DNA of 64,000 nucleotides from a virus. Made by a program: the position numbers and the translations under genes. Positions 18,602 through 28,615 of this stretch are shown piece by piece. Every line of letters begins with the position of its first letter. The first letter of the stretch is position 1. A model generated the notes under the pieces. That model was not told where the DNA came from. It was given only the letters and a program-made list of their open reading frames with translations, and did no database searches. The stretch is taken from IMG/VR virus record IMGVR_UViG_3300010397_000043, positions 1-64,000 of that record. One strand, given 5' to 3'.

Positions 18602-19504
18602 TTACGCGAGGATGTTCACCAGACGCGTCGCGCCTTTGCGACCCATCTGCACTGACACGGACGGCACCCGATCATCCTTGCTGTGTTTGCCCCACGACCG
18701 CGCAGGCGGAAAGCTCACCCAGTTATCGCTGATGAACAGGCCAGCAAAGGCCCGGTTGCCTCGCATGATGCGACGAACGATCTGCCCTGCGCCCTCGACC
18801 GTGCCGGGCCGCTGGGCACGCAAATGGCTCAGGCGGGCCGCTGCATCGGGCCCCGCACGATTCGCGAGCCTGCGCAGCGTGCGGTCCGAAAACGGGCGGA
18901 AGCGCGGCGCGTACTTGCTGCCGTACACGAAGCGCGACCGACCAGACGCAAGGTTGGTCACCTGCTTCAGTTGCAGAACCGCATTGCGGCCAATCGGGCT
19001 CCAGTACAGCTTGCGGCCATAGTTGACCAGCGGGCCGACCACACGCAGCACAGTCTTTTGGTCCAGCTTGTTCGGATCGAGCCGGCGCAGCGCACCCGGG
19101 AGTTGCCCCGCCAGCTTGCCGTTGACCCATAGGAAGAAGTTCTGCCGGGCGACGATTGCGTTTTGCGGCGGCGACTGGATTCGCGTGATGCGCTGGAGCA
19201 GGTTGTAGACCTCCTCGATAGCTGCGATGAGCAGCTTCGCATCGGTGAACCGCATGCTAACAGCACGCATGGCTTGGTCAATGCCCCGATTGCCCACGGC
19301 ACGACCGTCTACGAGGATTTGCGTCGGCGGGTTGTTGATCGCAACCTGCCCGGCAAGCTCTTGCTGAGCGGTGCCACGCAAGACCTTCAACAGGTCCTGC
19401 GGCAGCACCTCCAACACGTACTTCTCTAGGGTTGTCTCGATCTGCCCGTTTTCGAGACCGTAGGCGCGGGCGCTGAGGCTTCCTTTAGCTTGGTACGTTG
19501 CCAT
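18602..19504 (-). CDS. Hypothetical basic protein, possible tail completion/neck protein
   Basis: 300 aa Arg-rich ORF coupled between the chaperone genes and tape measure. Confidence 0.55.
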   Translation of the reverse strand: MATYQAKGSLSARAYGLENGQIETTLEKYVLEVLPQDLLKVLRGTAQQELAGQVAINNPPTQILVDGRAVGNRGIDQAMRAVSMRFTDAKLLIAAIEEVYNLLQRITRIQSPPQNAIVARQNFFLWVNGKLAGQLPGALRRLDPNKLDQKTVLRVVGPLVNYGRKLYWSPIGRNAVLQLKQVTNLASGRSRFVYGSKYAPRFRPFSDRTLRRLANRAGPDAAARLSHLRAQRPGTVEGAGQIVRRIMRGNRAFAGLFISDNWVSFPPARSWGKHSKDDRVPSVSVQMGRKGATRLVNILA

Positions 19505-19770
19505 TTGGATACCTTCGATTGTGCGTTGCTAACCACGTCCCACAGGTACTCAGGGTCATCGAATCCGAATGTTTGAGCCCAAGCCCAACAGTCAGCCAGC
19601 CTTACTATTCCACCTTCTACAATGTCCATGTAACAACGAGATGGGGCGATCAAGTGTTCTGGCAGCGTAGGCTTGTCGTCAAGGGCGGCTACCCGCTGGC
19701 CTGTGGCCTGGACCGCCTGCAGAAACTCAAGCTGATCGCCCCACTGCAGCCACCAGATCAGGCTTTTCCC
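19426..19770 (-). CDS. Tail assembly chaperone GT extension (reached by -1 frameshift)
   Basis: Open frame GKSLIWWLQWGDQ... begins at the GGGAAAA slippery site. Confidence 0.75.
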   Translation of the reverse strand, partial: GKSLIWWLQWGDQLEFLQAVQATGQRVAALDDKPTLPEHLIAPSRCYMDIVEGGIVRLADCWAWAQTFGFDDPEYLWDVVSNAQSKVSKWQRTKLKEASAPAPTVSKTGRSRQP

Positions 19771-20174
19771 AGGGCTTCGCCGTCCTCCTCGACCTGCGCG
19801 TCCTGGAAGTTCCTCATGTCCTCGCAAGCCGTGCGAAACGCTTCCCAGAAGTCGGGCAGGTCAGACATCAGCTTGATGAAGTTGTCCTTGCAGAACTGCA
19901 TCACGTTGCCGTCGCGGTCACGCACGTTGTCCCACTCGATGAGCACCGCCTCGAAGTACACCTCCATCAGCAGGTGCTTCGACTTGTCGGGGTCCATCGT
20001 GCCGGCCTGGATGGCGCGGGCGTAGGGCTTTGTGAGCCGCGAGAAGACCGAGGCGAAGCGGCGATTGCTGCCACCCGCCCGGCGGACCTTGAACTTGGAA
20101 ACGCCAAAGTCGAGGACCACACCCTCGGTCTCGTAGTTGACGTTGGTCCCGAATTGTTGATAAAGCGAGTTCAT
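19758..20174 (-). CDS. Tail assembly chaperone (gpG-like)
   Basis: FKVRRAGGSN, VLIEWDNV and LPDFW motifs; downstream of tail tube. Confidence 0.85.
   Translation of the reverse strand: MNSLYQQFGTNVNYETEGVVLDFGVSKFKVRRAGGSNRRFASVFSRLTKPYARAIQAGTMDPDKSKHLLMEVYFEAVLIEWDNVRDRDGNVMQFCKDNFIKLMSDLPDFWEAFRTACEDMRNFQDAQVEEDGEALGKA
19764..19770 (-). other. Programmed -1 ribosomal frameshift site
   Basis: G GGA AAA at the end of the chaperone gene, like lambda G/T GGGAAAG. Confidence 0.8.
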
Positions 20175-20263
20175 TGGGATTCCTTTCTAATGTAGGTTAC
20201 GCCGGTTACGTTATCCGGCGCTGGTCAAGCCAGCCGTCACTACCCTGGCAGGGCCCTCTCGAA

Positions 20264-21259
20264 TTAGGTTCCGATGACGCGCGTGCAACGCACGGTGAAG
20301 CCCCAGGTCGGCGCGTACAGGGCCTGGAAGCTGACGTTCTGGACCACGTCCTGGCCGGTGCCAGCCGCGTTCGCCCCACCCGTCTTCAGCTTGCAACGGG
20401 GGAAGAAGAACGTGTACTGGTTCGGAGTGGTGCTCGTGTCCGCAAGCGTTACGGTCACAGGCATTTCCAGTTGGTCGATCAGGTCTTGCAGCATCTCGTT
20501 CGACGCGAGGTAGCACGAGCCTTCGATGGATGCTTCAAAGCGACCGATCACCTGCTCCTTGAACCCGAGCGTGCCGATACACTCGACGCCGCGCACGTTG
20601 CTGTTGAAGTTCATCGTGAGGCTGTTGAAGCACAGCGTCATGGGAACCGCACCAACGTTGACCGAGGTCACGTGCGGGGCAGTGAATACCGGCTTTGTGC
20701 CAGGGTCCGTGTACGTCGCGCCCGAACGCGCCGACGTTGCCAGCGTCATCACGCCGCCGGACAGCGCCACGGAACTCGTGATCGGGGCATTCGGCGCGAT
20801 GCGAATGGACATCGAGTCCACCGCCGTTTGGTCGAAGCGGTGGTAGAGCACGCTGCCAGTCGGAGGCGTGAACTTCTTCTCGATCTCGAACAAGCTGAGC
20901 GTCTTGCCCTGGATGAGCTCGTTCGCACCCACGGCGGTGAACGCTGAGCCGGTGCCATCGCCCTCGGTGCCAGTAGCCCACAGGTTGCGGAACACAGCCT
21001 GCAGCATGCGCTCCCAGAACGGGTGCTTCGTCAGCTCCATTTCGATGGAGCCGGTCGATTGCGCCCCGGTCAAGATCGAATCGCGAAGCTGGCCCGAGGG
21101 GTCCAGTTCGTTCGAGATCGTGGTCTGCGGCTGGAAGTTCAGCGATTCACCCGTCAGGCGGGCCAGCATGTACGCAGGCGAAGACGGGGTGGTCGGCGGG
21201 GGTCCGCCAGTTTGCTCGACTGCGCCGAGCTGAAACACGTCTGACGAGATGACGGTCAT
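20264..21259 (-). CDS. Major tail tube protein
   Basis: RLTGESL, SNELDPSGQ, FEIEKKF, YTFFFPRCK; GGAG RBS before ATG 21259. Confidence 0.88.
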   Translation of the reverse strand: MTVISSDVFQLGAVEQTGGPPPTTPSSPAYMLARLTGESLNFQPQTTISNELDPSGQLRDSILTGAQSTGSIEMELTKHPFWERMLQAVFRNLWATGTEGDGTGSAFTAVGANELIQGKTLSLFEIEKKFTPPTGSVLYHRFDQTAVDSMSIRIAPNAPITSSVALSGGVMTLATSARSGATYTDPGTKPVFTAPHVTSVNVGAVPMTLCFNSLTMNFNSNVRGVECIGTLGFKEQVIGRFEASIEGSCYLASNEMLQDLIDQLEMPVTVTLADTSTTPNQYTFFFPRCKLKTGGANAAGTGQDVVQNVSFQALYAPTWGFTVRCTRVIGT

Positions 21260-21271
21260 GATGTACTCCAA

Positions 21272-21715
21272 TTAAGCGGTGCCACGCACCGTATCGAACG
21301 TGTAAGAACACGACACACTGCCAAGAAACCAGTTGCCGTTTTCCGTAGACTCGGTGTTAGGCGGGTCTGCCGCATCGAGCATCAAGAAGCCGACATCTGA
21401 ACCAGTACCGTAGGGCACGCTGACGTGGATTCCGAAGAATGCGTTGCGTACCCTTTCGGCCAGATCGACCACGGGGCCATCACCGACGCCAGACTTGCCG
21501 ACAGCGATGATAACCACGTTGCCGAATTCACGAAAGCACGCCCGGGTGCCCAGGCTCGTGCGGTTTTCAGTCGCATCATGGAACTCGATGGTGAGCCACA
21601 ACTCGGGCAAGCCCTTTTGCTTCTCAATCGTGTTCACCGTGTCGTAGTAAGGCACGTCATCGACGCGCGCCTGCAATTCAGCGCGGAACCAATCGCGGAC
21701 GGCTTTGCTGCTCAT
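21272..21715 (-). CDS. Tail terminator-like protein
   Basis: 147 aa immediately upstream of tail tube; FREFG..GKSGVGD pattern. Confidence 0.65.
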   Translation of the reverse strand: MSSKAVRDWFRAELQARVDDVPYYDTVNTIEKQKGLPELWLTIEFHDATENRTSLGTRACFREFGNVVIIAVGKSGVGDGPVVDLAERVRNAFFGIHVSVPYGTGSDVGFLMLDAADPPNTESTENGNWFLGSVSCSYTFDTVRGTA

Positions 21716-21720
21716 GGCGT

Positions 21721-22077
21721 TCAGCCCTTCACCAGGATGCGGTATCCGAACACCGTGCCCAGCAAATCAACCTGTGTGACGCTGAGCACGGCATGTTCTT
21801 CGTCGTCCCAGACAATGCGGTCGAACTTCGACGGGGCAAAGCCGGCAAGGTCCTGCGCCTTGACCAGCACTAGGAAGCGCGTCTGGTCGTAGCTTTGCTC
21901 GCCCCGGTCGAACAAGCCCATGATCTTCGGGCGCTTGCAGAACGCGCGGATATTCAGCATACGCGAGCCGTCCAGCGACTCGAAGGTCACTAGACGGCCA
22001 AACTTTTCAATCGACTCGTCCCACGCCGATTTGGCGATGGTGAGTGCGCTGGCCGGGATAACAGGGATGCGGTTCAT
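21721..22077 (-). CDS. Head-closure/head-tail joining protein
   Basis: ATGA overlap with the adaptor gene; 118 aa beta-rich; neck position. Confidence 0.6.
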   Translation of the reverse strand: MNRIPVIPASALTIAKSAWDESIEKFGRLVTFESLDGSRMLNIRAFCKRPKIMGLFDRGEQSYDQTRFLVLVKAQDLAGFAPSKFDRIVWDDEEHAVLSVTQVDLLGTVFGYRILVKG

Positions 22078-22706
22078 GCGAGCACCGGACCTTCCATCTT
22101 GTACTGGTCGAGCACAAACGACCACTGCGCGAGCAGACCCGCCGGGTCGCCCTGGGTCACCGCTCCAGTCGGCACCTCGAAGGACATACTCATCGCGTCG
22201 AACATGGTCATCGACTTGAGCGCGCCGGTCGGAGCCACGCCCGAGCCCGACAGGTTGCCGCCCTGCGTGTAGATCGCGATGGAAATGTTGAGCAGTGCTT
22301 CGTGCAGGTCGTCGGGGCAGGTCTCCCAGCCGGACGTGTACTCGACATGCAACGACGAGGCCCACGGCAGGCACGCGCCCCCGTAGCCGCGAGGCCAGTT
22401 TGCGACTCCGAACACCAACGCGCCGGCCTTTTTGTCCAGGCGGTAGTCGGTGAACGGCGCACCGTCCTTCTCGAAAACCTCGACTGACACGACAGGGTGG
22501 TGTGGCAGGTAGTACCGGTGAACGTAGTCCACGTCCAACTGGTCGTACTCCTGAGGCGTCTCTTCGATGGGCCCCTTGATGTACGACTCCACAAGCCGCT
22601 GAGCCATGGTGATCGACATATCCAACTTGGCCGACGTCTCTTCGTCCAGCGTGTCGCTGTCGAGACCGAGCCCGGTGCAGACTTCGTCGATGGTGATGAC
22701 CGCCAT
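22074..22706 (-). CDS. Head-tail connector (gp6-like adaptor)
   Basis: LVESYI, PVVSV, VEYTSGWETCPDDLHEA and LDQYK motifs. Confidence 0.8.
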   Translation of the reverse strand: MAVITIDEVCTGLGLDSDTLDEETSAKLDMSITMAQRLVESYIKGPIEETPQEYDQLDVDYVHRYYLPHHPVVSVEVFEKDGAPFTDYRLDKKAGALVFGVANWPRGYGGACLPWASSLHVEYTSGWETCPDDLHEALLNISIAIYTQGGNLSGSGVAPTGALKSMTMFDAMSMSFEVPTGAVTQGDPAGLLAQWSFVLDQYKMEGPVLA

Positions 22707-22717
22707 GACACTACCCC

Positions 22718-24628
22718 TTATTGAATGTAGCCGAGCATTGCCCACGAGTCGGACGACGTACCCTGCGCGCGCTCGGGCGGGGCCACCGTACCCAGACGGC
22801 ATTGCCACGCACGATTGTGGAGGTGCAGAAAGTCACCCTTGCGGTAGTGCCGGCCTTCCTGGTGACCCACGAACAGTTCAACGCTGCGACCGTTCTCGCC
22901 GTCCTTACCATCCCTGCCGTTGCGACCGCACTTGACAGCCAGTTTCCAGCCGACGAGATCGGTCTTGGGCTCGCCGGGGTTGGCCTTTTGCGCGACCCAG
23001 ATCGAGCCATCGTGCGTGACCATGTTGCCGGGGGCGTAGGCAGTCTTCTTGTCGTAGACGCCACGGTAGGCCGCGACCGGCAGCGGAATTTCCACGCTCG
23101 CTAGTTCAGTGCGATCCTCGGCGAGCGCCTTGACAGTCACCGCAGTGCCGTCCGCGTTCACGTCCATGGCGAGATCGACTGCCAGCGAAACCTGCGGGGC
23201 CATCGGGTCGGGCATCACCGGCATCTGGATATTGGAGATGGCCTTGGCAATGTCGGCAGGCGTAGCGAAGTCGTCCAGCCGGGCGCGCACCTCCGACACA
23301 GCCAGTTCGAGCGGCGCGAGGTCCACCGGCTCGACTACGACAGGCGCAGGCGGCTCAGGCAGCGAGGCGATGGCCTTGGCAATGTCCTGAGGCGTCGCAA
23401 ACTGCTCAGCCGCTGCCGCCAGTTGGGCGCGCACCTCGGCAATGGCCGAATGCACGGGGGCGAGGTCTACCGGCTCCGGCAGCACGACAGGCGCAGGCGG
23501 CTCAGGCAGCGAGGCGATGGCCTTGGCAATGTCCTGAGGCGTCGCAAACTTCTCGGTCGCTGCGGCCAGCTCACCGCGCAGTTCGACAAGCTGGTTCTGC
23601 AGTGGCACGAGGTCCACCGGCTCCGGCAGCACGACCGGCGCAGGCGGCTCAGGCAGCGCAGCGATGGCCTTGGCAATGTCCTGGGGCGTCGCGAAGGTCT
23701 CGGTCACTGCGGCCAGTTGGTCGCGCACCTCGGCAATGGCCGCATGCACCGGCGCAAGGTCCACCGGCTCCGGCAGCACGACAGGCTCCGGCAATTCGGG
23801 AATAGACGCACCGACCGCCAGAATGCGCGTGTTCAGTTCAGCTTCTACTGCGAGCACATGCTCTGCCAACTGAGCGTGTTCTTTCGCCAGTGCCGCTTGG
23901 CCCTCCGACAGCGAGGTCAGGTCCACAGGCTCCGGCAACTCGGGGATCAGCGCCCGCACCTCGGCAATGGCCGCATGCACCGGGGCAAGGTCCACCGGCT
24001 CCGGCAGCACGACAGGCTCCGGGATACTGGCGACAACATCGATCAGCTTGGTACGAAACTCCTCGGTGAGGCTTTGGTACTGCGCTTCGGTCAGCTCACT
24101 CAGCGACTTGAACAGGTCGTGCAGCTTGGCAAGCTCAGCCTCCAGCGGTGCCAGATTGGCCGGCGCAGGCACCATCTGCCGCAGCGCCGTCACGCTTTCG
24201 GTCACAACGCCGATGCGGCTCGCCAGGGTTGTGAAGTTATCAGAGTGGACTACGCTGTCCGCTTCGAGTTGCCCCTTCAGCTCCGCGATCTCGATATGGG
24301 CCGCGCGCGTCGCCTCGGCCACACCTTCCGTAGCCGCGTTCGCCTCTTCGATGCGCGTGTTGAGCGTGGTCTCCAGCCCTTCGATGCTGGCCCGCGTGTG
24401 ATCTAGTTGCTGCTGCAGGTACGTGCGGTCTTGCGTGGCGAGCTTAATCCACTCGTCATGCACAGCCTCGTGTTGCTCTTTGAGCTGAGCGATCTCGGCC
24501 GCAGTCGCCTCGCGCGACTTGTTGACCATGCCCTGCACAAAGGCGGGGATCGCTTTCAGCTCAGCGGCGTGCTCAGCGATTGCTTCTTGAATCGCAGTGA
24601 GCGCAACCTTTAGCAGTTGCCAATTCAT
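22718..24628 (-). CDS. Coiled-coil/Pro-rich repeat protein with C-terminal collagen-like and carbohydrate-binding-like motifs (head-associated)
   Basis: 636 aa; repeats PEPVVLPEPVDLAPVHAAIAEVR and FATPQDIAKAIA; YRGVY..YAPGNMVTHDGSIW and GRNGRDGKDG. Confidence 0.65.
   Translation of the reverse strand: MNWQLLKVALTAIQEAIAEHAAELKAIPAFVQGMVNKSREATAAEIAQLKEQHEAVHDEWIKLATQDRTYLQQQLDHTRASIEGLETTLNTRIEEANAATEGVAEATRAAHIEIAELKGQLEADSVVHSDNFTTLASRIGVVTESVTALRQMVPAPANLAPLEAELAKLHDLFKSLSELTEAQYQSLTEEFRTKLIDVVASIPEPVVLPEPVDLAPVHAAIAEVRALIPELPEPVDLTSLSEGQAALAKEHAQLAEHVLAVEAELNTRILAVGASIPELPEPVVLPEPVDLAPVHAAIAEVRDQLAAVTETFATPQDIAKAIAALPEPPAPVVLPEPVDLVPLQNQLVELRGELAAATEKFATPQDIAKAIASLPEPPAPVVLPEPVDLAPVHSAIAEVRAQLAAAAEQFATPQDIAKAIASLPEPPAPVVVEPVDLAPLELAVSEVRARLDDFATPADIAKAISNIQMPVMPDPMAPQVSLAVDLAMDVNADGTAVTVKALAEDRTELASVEIPLPVAAYRGVYDKKTAYAPGNMVTHDGSIWVAQKANPGEPKTDLVGWKLAVKCGRNGRDGKDGENGRSVELFVGHQEGRHYRKGDFLHLHNRAWQCRLGTVAPPERAQGTSSDSWAMLGYIQ
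23236..24022. repeat. Intragenic tandem repeat units
   Basis: Recurring AGGTCCACCGGCTCCGGCAGCACGAC, CGCACCTCGGCAATGGCCG and GATGGCCTTGGCAATGTC blocks. Confidence 0.85.
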
Positions 24629-26118
24629 TGGGGAACCCCTTCTCGAATTGCGGAAACGCCCGCGTTGGAGGAAGTATTACGAATCAGGTTCGCCAGGAAG
24701 TCGTCTGCCTCGGCGTCGATCAGGTCGTCGCCATCTTTCTTGCTGCCAGCGGGCGCGGGCGCGGCGTTGGGCTCGGGGGCCGGCGCAGCGGGCGGCTTGG
24801 CAGCGACAGGCGCGAGCGGGTTCGGAACCGGCGTGTCCACTGGCACGTACTGCATCTGCACGCGCGGGATTTCGCCACCCTTCACCGGGGGCAGACCTTC
24901 CTTGGCACGCGCTTCGTTGATCGACAGCACGCCGGCTTGAATACCCTTCTGGTACGTGTCGTAGCGAACATCCGACTCCATACGGAACAGGGCTTCCAGG
25001 TCAAAGGCGCAGTAGACGCCACGACTCAGGCCCAGGTCCTTGTCAAAACGGCGCTCGGTCGATTCCAGGTGGTACTGCAGGCAACCCTGGAAGTACGCAC
25101 GCGCCATCTGTTCGCTGTTGCGGAACGTGGTCTTGCCCAGTTCGGCCAGCATGTAGAGCGGCACGCGAAACACGCGGGCAACGTCTTCGATGGTCCAGCG
25201 GAGTTGCTCGATCAGTTGTGCATCGACAGCGTTGATCGCGAGCGGCTCCCAGGTCAGGCCATCGCCCAGCACCGCAGTCTCGCCCAGCTTGCCACGCTGG
25301 CTAAACCGGTTCTGCCATTCCTCTTTCAGCCGAGTGGCAGTCTCTTTCGCGATGGTGCCCGGCGCGGTCAGGATGCCGCCCGGTCGGCAGTAGTTCGCGA
25401 AGAACTCCTCCGACTGCATCATGATGCGACCACCAGTCATCGCGCTGTAGGCAGCGGCGGTGATCGGGCTCACGCCCAGCAGGGGGTGCCACAGGCAGTT
25501 GATGCGGTCGTTGATGATGAAGCGCGCCGGGATGACGTTGTTGGGCCCCATCTGGTCTTCGGGGAACAGGTACGAGCCACCCGTCCCGTAGTTGACTTGG
25601 TAGAAAATGGCCTTGGTTTCGTTGTCGATCAGGGGCAGCACCCGGCCCACCGGCAGCAAGTGCATCTCGCGGCACACGCCGCGCTGGTCCAGCACCATGT
25701 AGATGTACGAGTTGCCCGTCATCAACTTCGCTGCCATGTGCTGTTGCATGAACTCCAGCATCGTCTGGTACGAGTTGGGGTTCTCGAACAGCAGTTGAAT
25801 CGGGTGCTGCATGGAGACTTCGGGCACGCCCTTGTCCCCGGTCTTCATCACGTTTAGTGGCAGCTTCGCCACGTCCTCCGAGATGATGGTGACGCAGGCG
25901 TACACGGCGCTAAACGCCATGATCACCGGGTCGTCCTTGCCGCTGCCCGACAGGCCGCGCTGCCACGCTTGCAGGAACGGCTCGCGCACCCCGGGGATGT
26001 ACGTGCTCACGCTCGACGCGACGGCGAGGCTCTTCTCCTCCTCGGCACGGAGCGATTGCTCGACCCGCCCGCGAAACGGCGCGCGGACAAAGCCCTTGAG
26101 TGCATTAATCAGGTCCAT
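24625..26118 (-). CDS. Portal protein, HK97 family
   Basis: AVYACVTIISEDVAKLP, PNSYQT, GNSY, GVSPI, VARVFRVP, SINEARAKEGLPP. Confidence 0.95.
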   Translation of the reverse strand: MDLINALKGFVRAPFRGRVEQSLRAEEEKSLAVASSVSTYIPGVREPFLQAWQRGLSGSGKDDPVIMAFSAVYACVTIISEDVAKLPLNVMKTGDKGVPEVSMQHPIQLLFENPNSYQTMLEFMQQHMAAKLMTGNSYIYMVLDQRGVCREMHLLPVGRVLPLIDNETKAIFYQVNYGTGGSYLFPEDQMGPNNVIPARFIINDRINCLWHPLLGVSPITAAAYSAMTGGRIMMQSEEFFANYCRPGGILTAPGTIAKETATRLKEEWQNRFSQRGKLGETAVLGDGLTWEPLAINAVDAQLIEQLRWTIEDVARVFRVPLYMLAELGKTTFRNSEQMARAYFQGCLQYHLESTERRFDKDLGLSRGVYCAFDLEALFRMESDVRYDTYQKGIQAGVLSINEARAKEGLPPVKGGEIPRVQMQYVPVDTPVPNPLAPVAAKPPAAPAPEPNAAPAPAGSKKDGDDLIDAEADDFLANLIRNTSSNAGVSAIREGVPQ

Positions 26119-26125
26119 TTGCACC

Positions 26126-26350
26126 TCAACGGCGGCTGTGCTTACCTTGATGGTGTTGCTGCTTCGTGACGACCGCACCGACTGCCACCGCTTGCTTTTC
26201 CTGCTTCGTGGGCTCGCTACGCGGGGCTAGCGTACCCATCTGCAGAGCGATGTAGTCTTCGGCGTCTCGGTCGGTCATTTCCACGACTTCGCCACGGGCG
26301 TACCAGCGACCACCGTAGTTGAGTCGCTCGCCAAGTTGGACTGGAGTCAT
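26126..26350 (-). CDS. Small head-associated protein
   Basis: 74 aa with AGGAG RBS, between capsid and portal. Confidence 0.6.
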   Translation of the reverse strand: MTPVQLGERLNYGGRWYARGEVVEMTDRDAEDYIALQMGTLAPRSEPTKQEKQAVAVGAVVTKQQHHQGKHSRR

Positions 26351-26369
26351 TGCTATTCTCCTTTATGCG

Positions 26370-26400
26370 AAAAAGGCGGCGAGCCTTGCAGCCCGCCGCC
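26370..26400 (-). terminator. Intrinsic terminator after major capsid gene
   Basis: GGCGGCGGGC/GCTCGCCGCC stem followed by TTTTT. Confidence 0.8.
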
Positions 26401-26423
26401 TGCCCTTGTGGTCGGTTGCCCGA

Positions 26424-27791
26424 TCAGTAGGTCACAGCCGTGATGACAGCGAAGGCCGCATCGCGACGGCGCAGCCAGTGCATGAACCGCTCGGCACGAA
26501 TACCGATCAGGTTGTTCTGCCAGAGGCTGGTCAGCGTGCCGGAACCGGTCGAGTCCATCGCCACAGCCGCTTCTTGCGAAGCGTCGAGCATCACCTGACC
26601 GTCATCGGCCAGCAGGGTCTCCGGCGCACACACGAGGCCAATGTAGGACTCGTTGGTGCCGACGCCCAGGTTGGTCACGATGCCGGTGGAGACGATGACC
26701 GGGATGCCACGGAACGTCGGATTCGCGTTGTCCTGCAGACCCGGGAACGCCCACACGTCTTGCGCCGTGCGAAGCGAGCTGAGGTACAGGAAGGTACGCG
26801 GCGACATCACCCAGTACAGGCCGGCGAGGTCCACGTTGGCGTTGGCAATGTGCGTCATCGCCGCCGTGGTGTCGGTCAGGATCGCCGCAACGGTGGTGCC
26901 GGATTGCGGGATGCTGCCACCAGAGGTGACGCTGTTCAGCACGGAGGCCGGCGACACGTTCGCAGATGCAGCCACCGACGGATCGATGAACTGGGCATCC
27001 GTGAATTGCGCGATGGTCGCGATCAGGTCCGATTGCACCAGGGCTTCCGCCGACGGATCGCTCAGTCGGGCAAGTTCCTGGGTGATGACCACGATACCCG
27101 CGACCTTGGTCAGCGGGATGGTCACCGAGTCGAACTGCAGCTTCGAGACCGGCTTGCCGCCAGCCTGTCCGACCCAGCCGACCGTCGCACCGGACGTCTG
27201 GCGCGGGATGCGCACGTTGAACGGCACGCGGCGGAAGCCGGCCATCTTGCCGATGATGGTGGCGGGACGCAGCAGGTCGATGAACTCGTTCGCGGCGATC
27301 TTGTAGTCCGCAATCGGCTTCGCCCAGTTGGTGTCCGTCGTGGTACCGGCAGCGACCGCAGACTTGAGGATGTTGTAGACCTCAGGCGTGCTGTCACCCC
27401 AGTTGTTCTTCGCCATCTCGGCGGCGGCGGTCAGGTTGCCCTTGGAGGCAGCGAGCGCCATCGCATAGCGGGTGAAGACGGTGCCCTTCGGCAGATTGCG
27501 CTCCACGCTGATGCGGGGATTCGCGCGCTGGCCCACGACCACGGAAGTGCCGGTGGGTTCCACGACAGGCTTGAGCGTGTCGCTGTTCGCCATCAGCTTC
27601 TCGACGCTTTCGGTCGAGGCGATCTGCTTGTCCAGCGCCTTGATCTCAGCTTCGCAGGTGTCGAACGCGGACTGCTCCGCTTCGGTGAAGACGCGGGCCT
27701 CGGCGGCAGCGCCTTCGTGGAGTGCCGCCATCTTGGCGACGGTTGCCTCGCGTGCCTTACGCAGCTTGGCGAGATGTTCAGCAAAGTTCAT
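26424..27791 (-). CDS. Major capsid protein, HK97 family
   Basis: Coiled-coil delta domain, EFIDLLRP, WVGQ..KP, SLWQNNLIGIRAER. Confidence 0.95.
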   Translation of the reverse strand: MNFAEHLAKLRKAREATVAKMAALHEGAAAEARVFTEAEQSAFDTCEAEIKALDKQIASTESVEKLMANSDTLKPVVEPTGTSVVVGQRANPRISVERNLPKGTVFTRYAMALAASKGNLTAAAEMAKNNWGDSTPEVYNILKSAVAAGTTTDTNWAKPIADYKIAANEFIDLLRPATIIGKMAGFRRVPFNVRIPRQTSGATVGWVGQAGGKPVSKLQFDSVTIPLTKVAGIVVITQELARLSDPSAEALVQSDLIATIAQFTDAQFIDPSVAASANVSPASVLNSVTSGGSIPQSGTTVAAILTDTTAAMTHIANANVDLAGLYWVMSPRTFLYLSSLRTAQDVWAFPGLQDNANPTFRGIPVIVSTGIVTNLGVGTNESYIGLVCAPETLLADDGQVMLDASQEAAVAMDSTGSGTLTSLWQNNLIGIRAERFMHWLRRRDAAFAVITAVTY

Positions 27792-27819
27792 GAAAAGCTC
27801 CTAAGAGGTGAAAGGAAAG

Positions 27820-28404
27820 TCACTTGCTGCTCGTACCGCCGAGCTGAAGAATCTTCAGACGCCGTTCCCTTGCAGCCGCTTGGACAATCGCGTCCTGGCT
27901 GAAGAGTCGGTGCATCGTCCGATCTGAGGTGCCCCACGATTTCGCGAGGCTGAGTGCGTTCGGGTTCGAGGGGATCGAAACGATGCTGATTTCCAGCAGT
28001 TCCTGCCCGATGAACTCGAAACCCGAGAATTGATCTTGCTTGTCCCGGAGGATTTGCGGCTCCTGGGTGACCGCGAAGCCCACGCTGACAGCGCGGACAA
28101 TCTTTTGGTCGATCAGCTTGCGGAGCGTGTCGATGAACTCGCTCGTACCGAAGTCGGCCAGCTTGATATCGCTCACAAGCTGCGTGCCCTCGACCATGGT
28201 CTTGGGGCTGTACCCGACCGGCAGCTTGCCGTCGTGGCCGAATAGAACGATGGGGTTCTTCTTGTACCGACGGAGGTCCCAGCCCGAGGCGCGAACAATG
28301 TCGCCGTGACCATCGACTGACTCATCGCTGGCGACAAAGCTCAGCATGCCGTCAGGCGACGCCTTCGTGATCTGGACTTCCTTGAAAACGGTCTGCACTT
28401 CCAC
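27820..28404 (-). CDS. Prohead protease, HK97 family
   Basis: DGHGDIV, NPIVLFGHD, AVSVGF, ELLEISIVSIPSNPNA. Confidence 0.93.
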   Translation of the reverse strand: MEVQTVFKEVQITKASPDGMLSFVASDESVDGHGDIVRASGWDLRRYKKNPIVLFGHDGKLPVGYSPKTMVEGTQLVSDIKLADFGTSEFIDTLRKLIDQKIVRAVSVGFAVTQEPQILRDKQDQFSGFEFIGQELLEISIVSIPSNPNALSLAKSWGTSDRTMHRLFSQDAIVQAAARERRLKILQLGGTSSK

Positions 28405-28575
28405 GGTGTACGGCTCCAGCTATCTGGCCGGTTCGCCGGTGGCATTGCGCCGCCCGACTTCCACCGTTGCCGTGGGTGTAACTCTTACTCAGTCGGAAAT
28501 TCCCGTTCTTCGCGGTCGCGTTCGCGCTCACGTTTTCCGGGTCGGTTACGGCTGTAGAGTTCCATAGATGGCGGC

Positions 28576-28604
28576 AATGTACCACAGCCCCCGCGCGCGA
28601 GCAA
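28576..28604 (-). promoter_or_regulatory. Sigma70-like promoter for head genes
   Basis: TTGCTC-17 bp-TACATT with extended TG; palindromic sites immediately upstream. Confidence 0.55.
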
Positions 28605-28615
28605 GAGGGCCAGCC

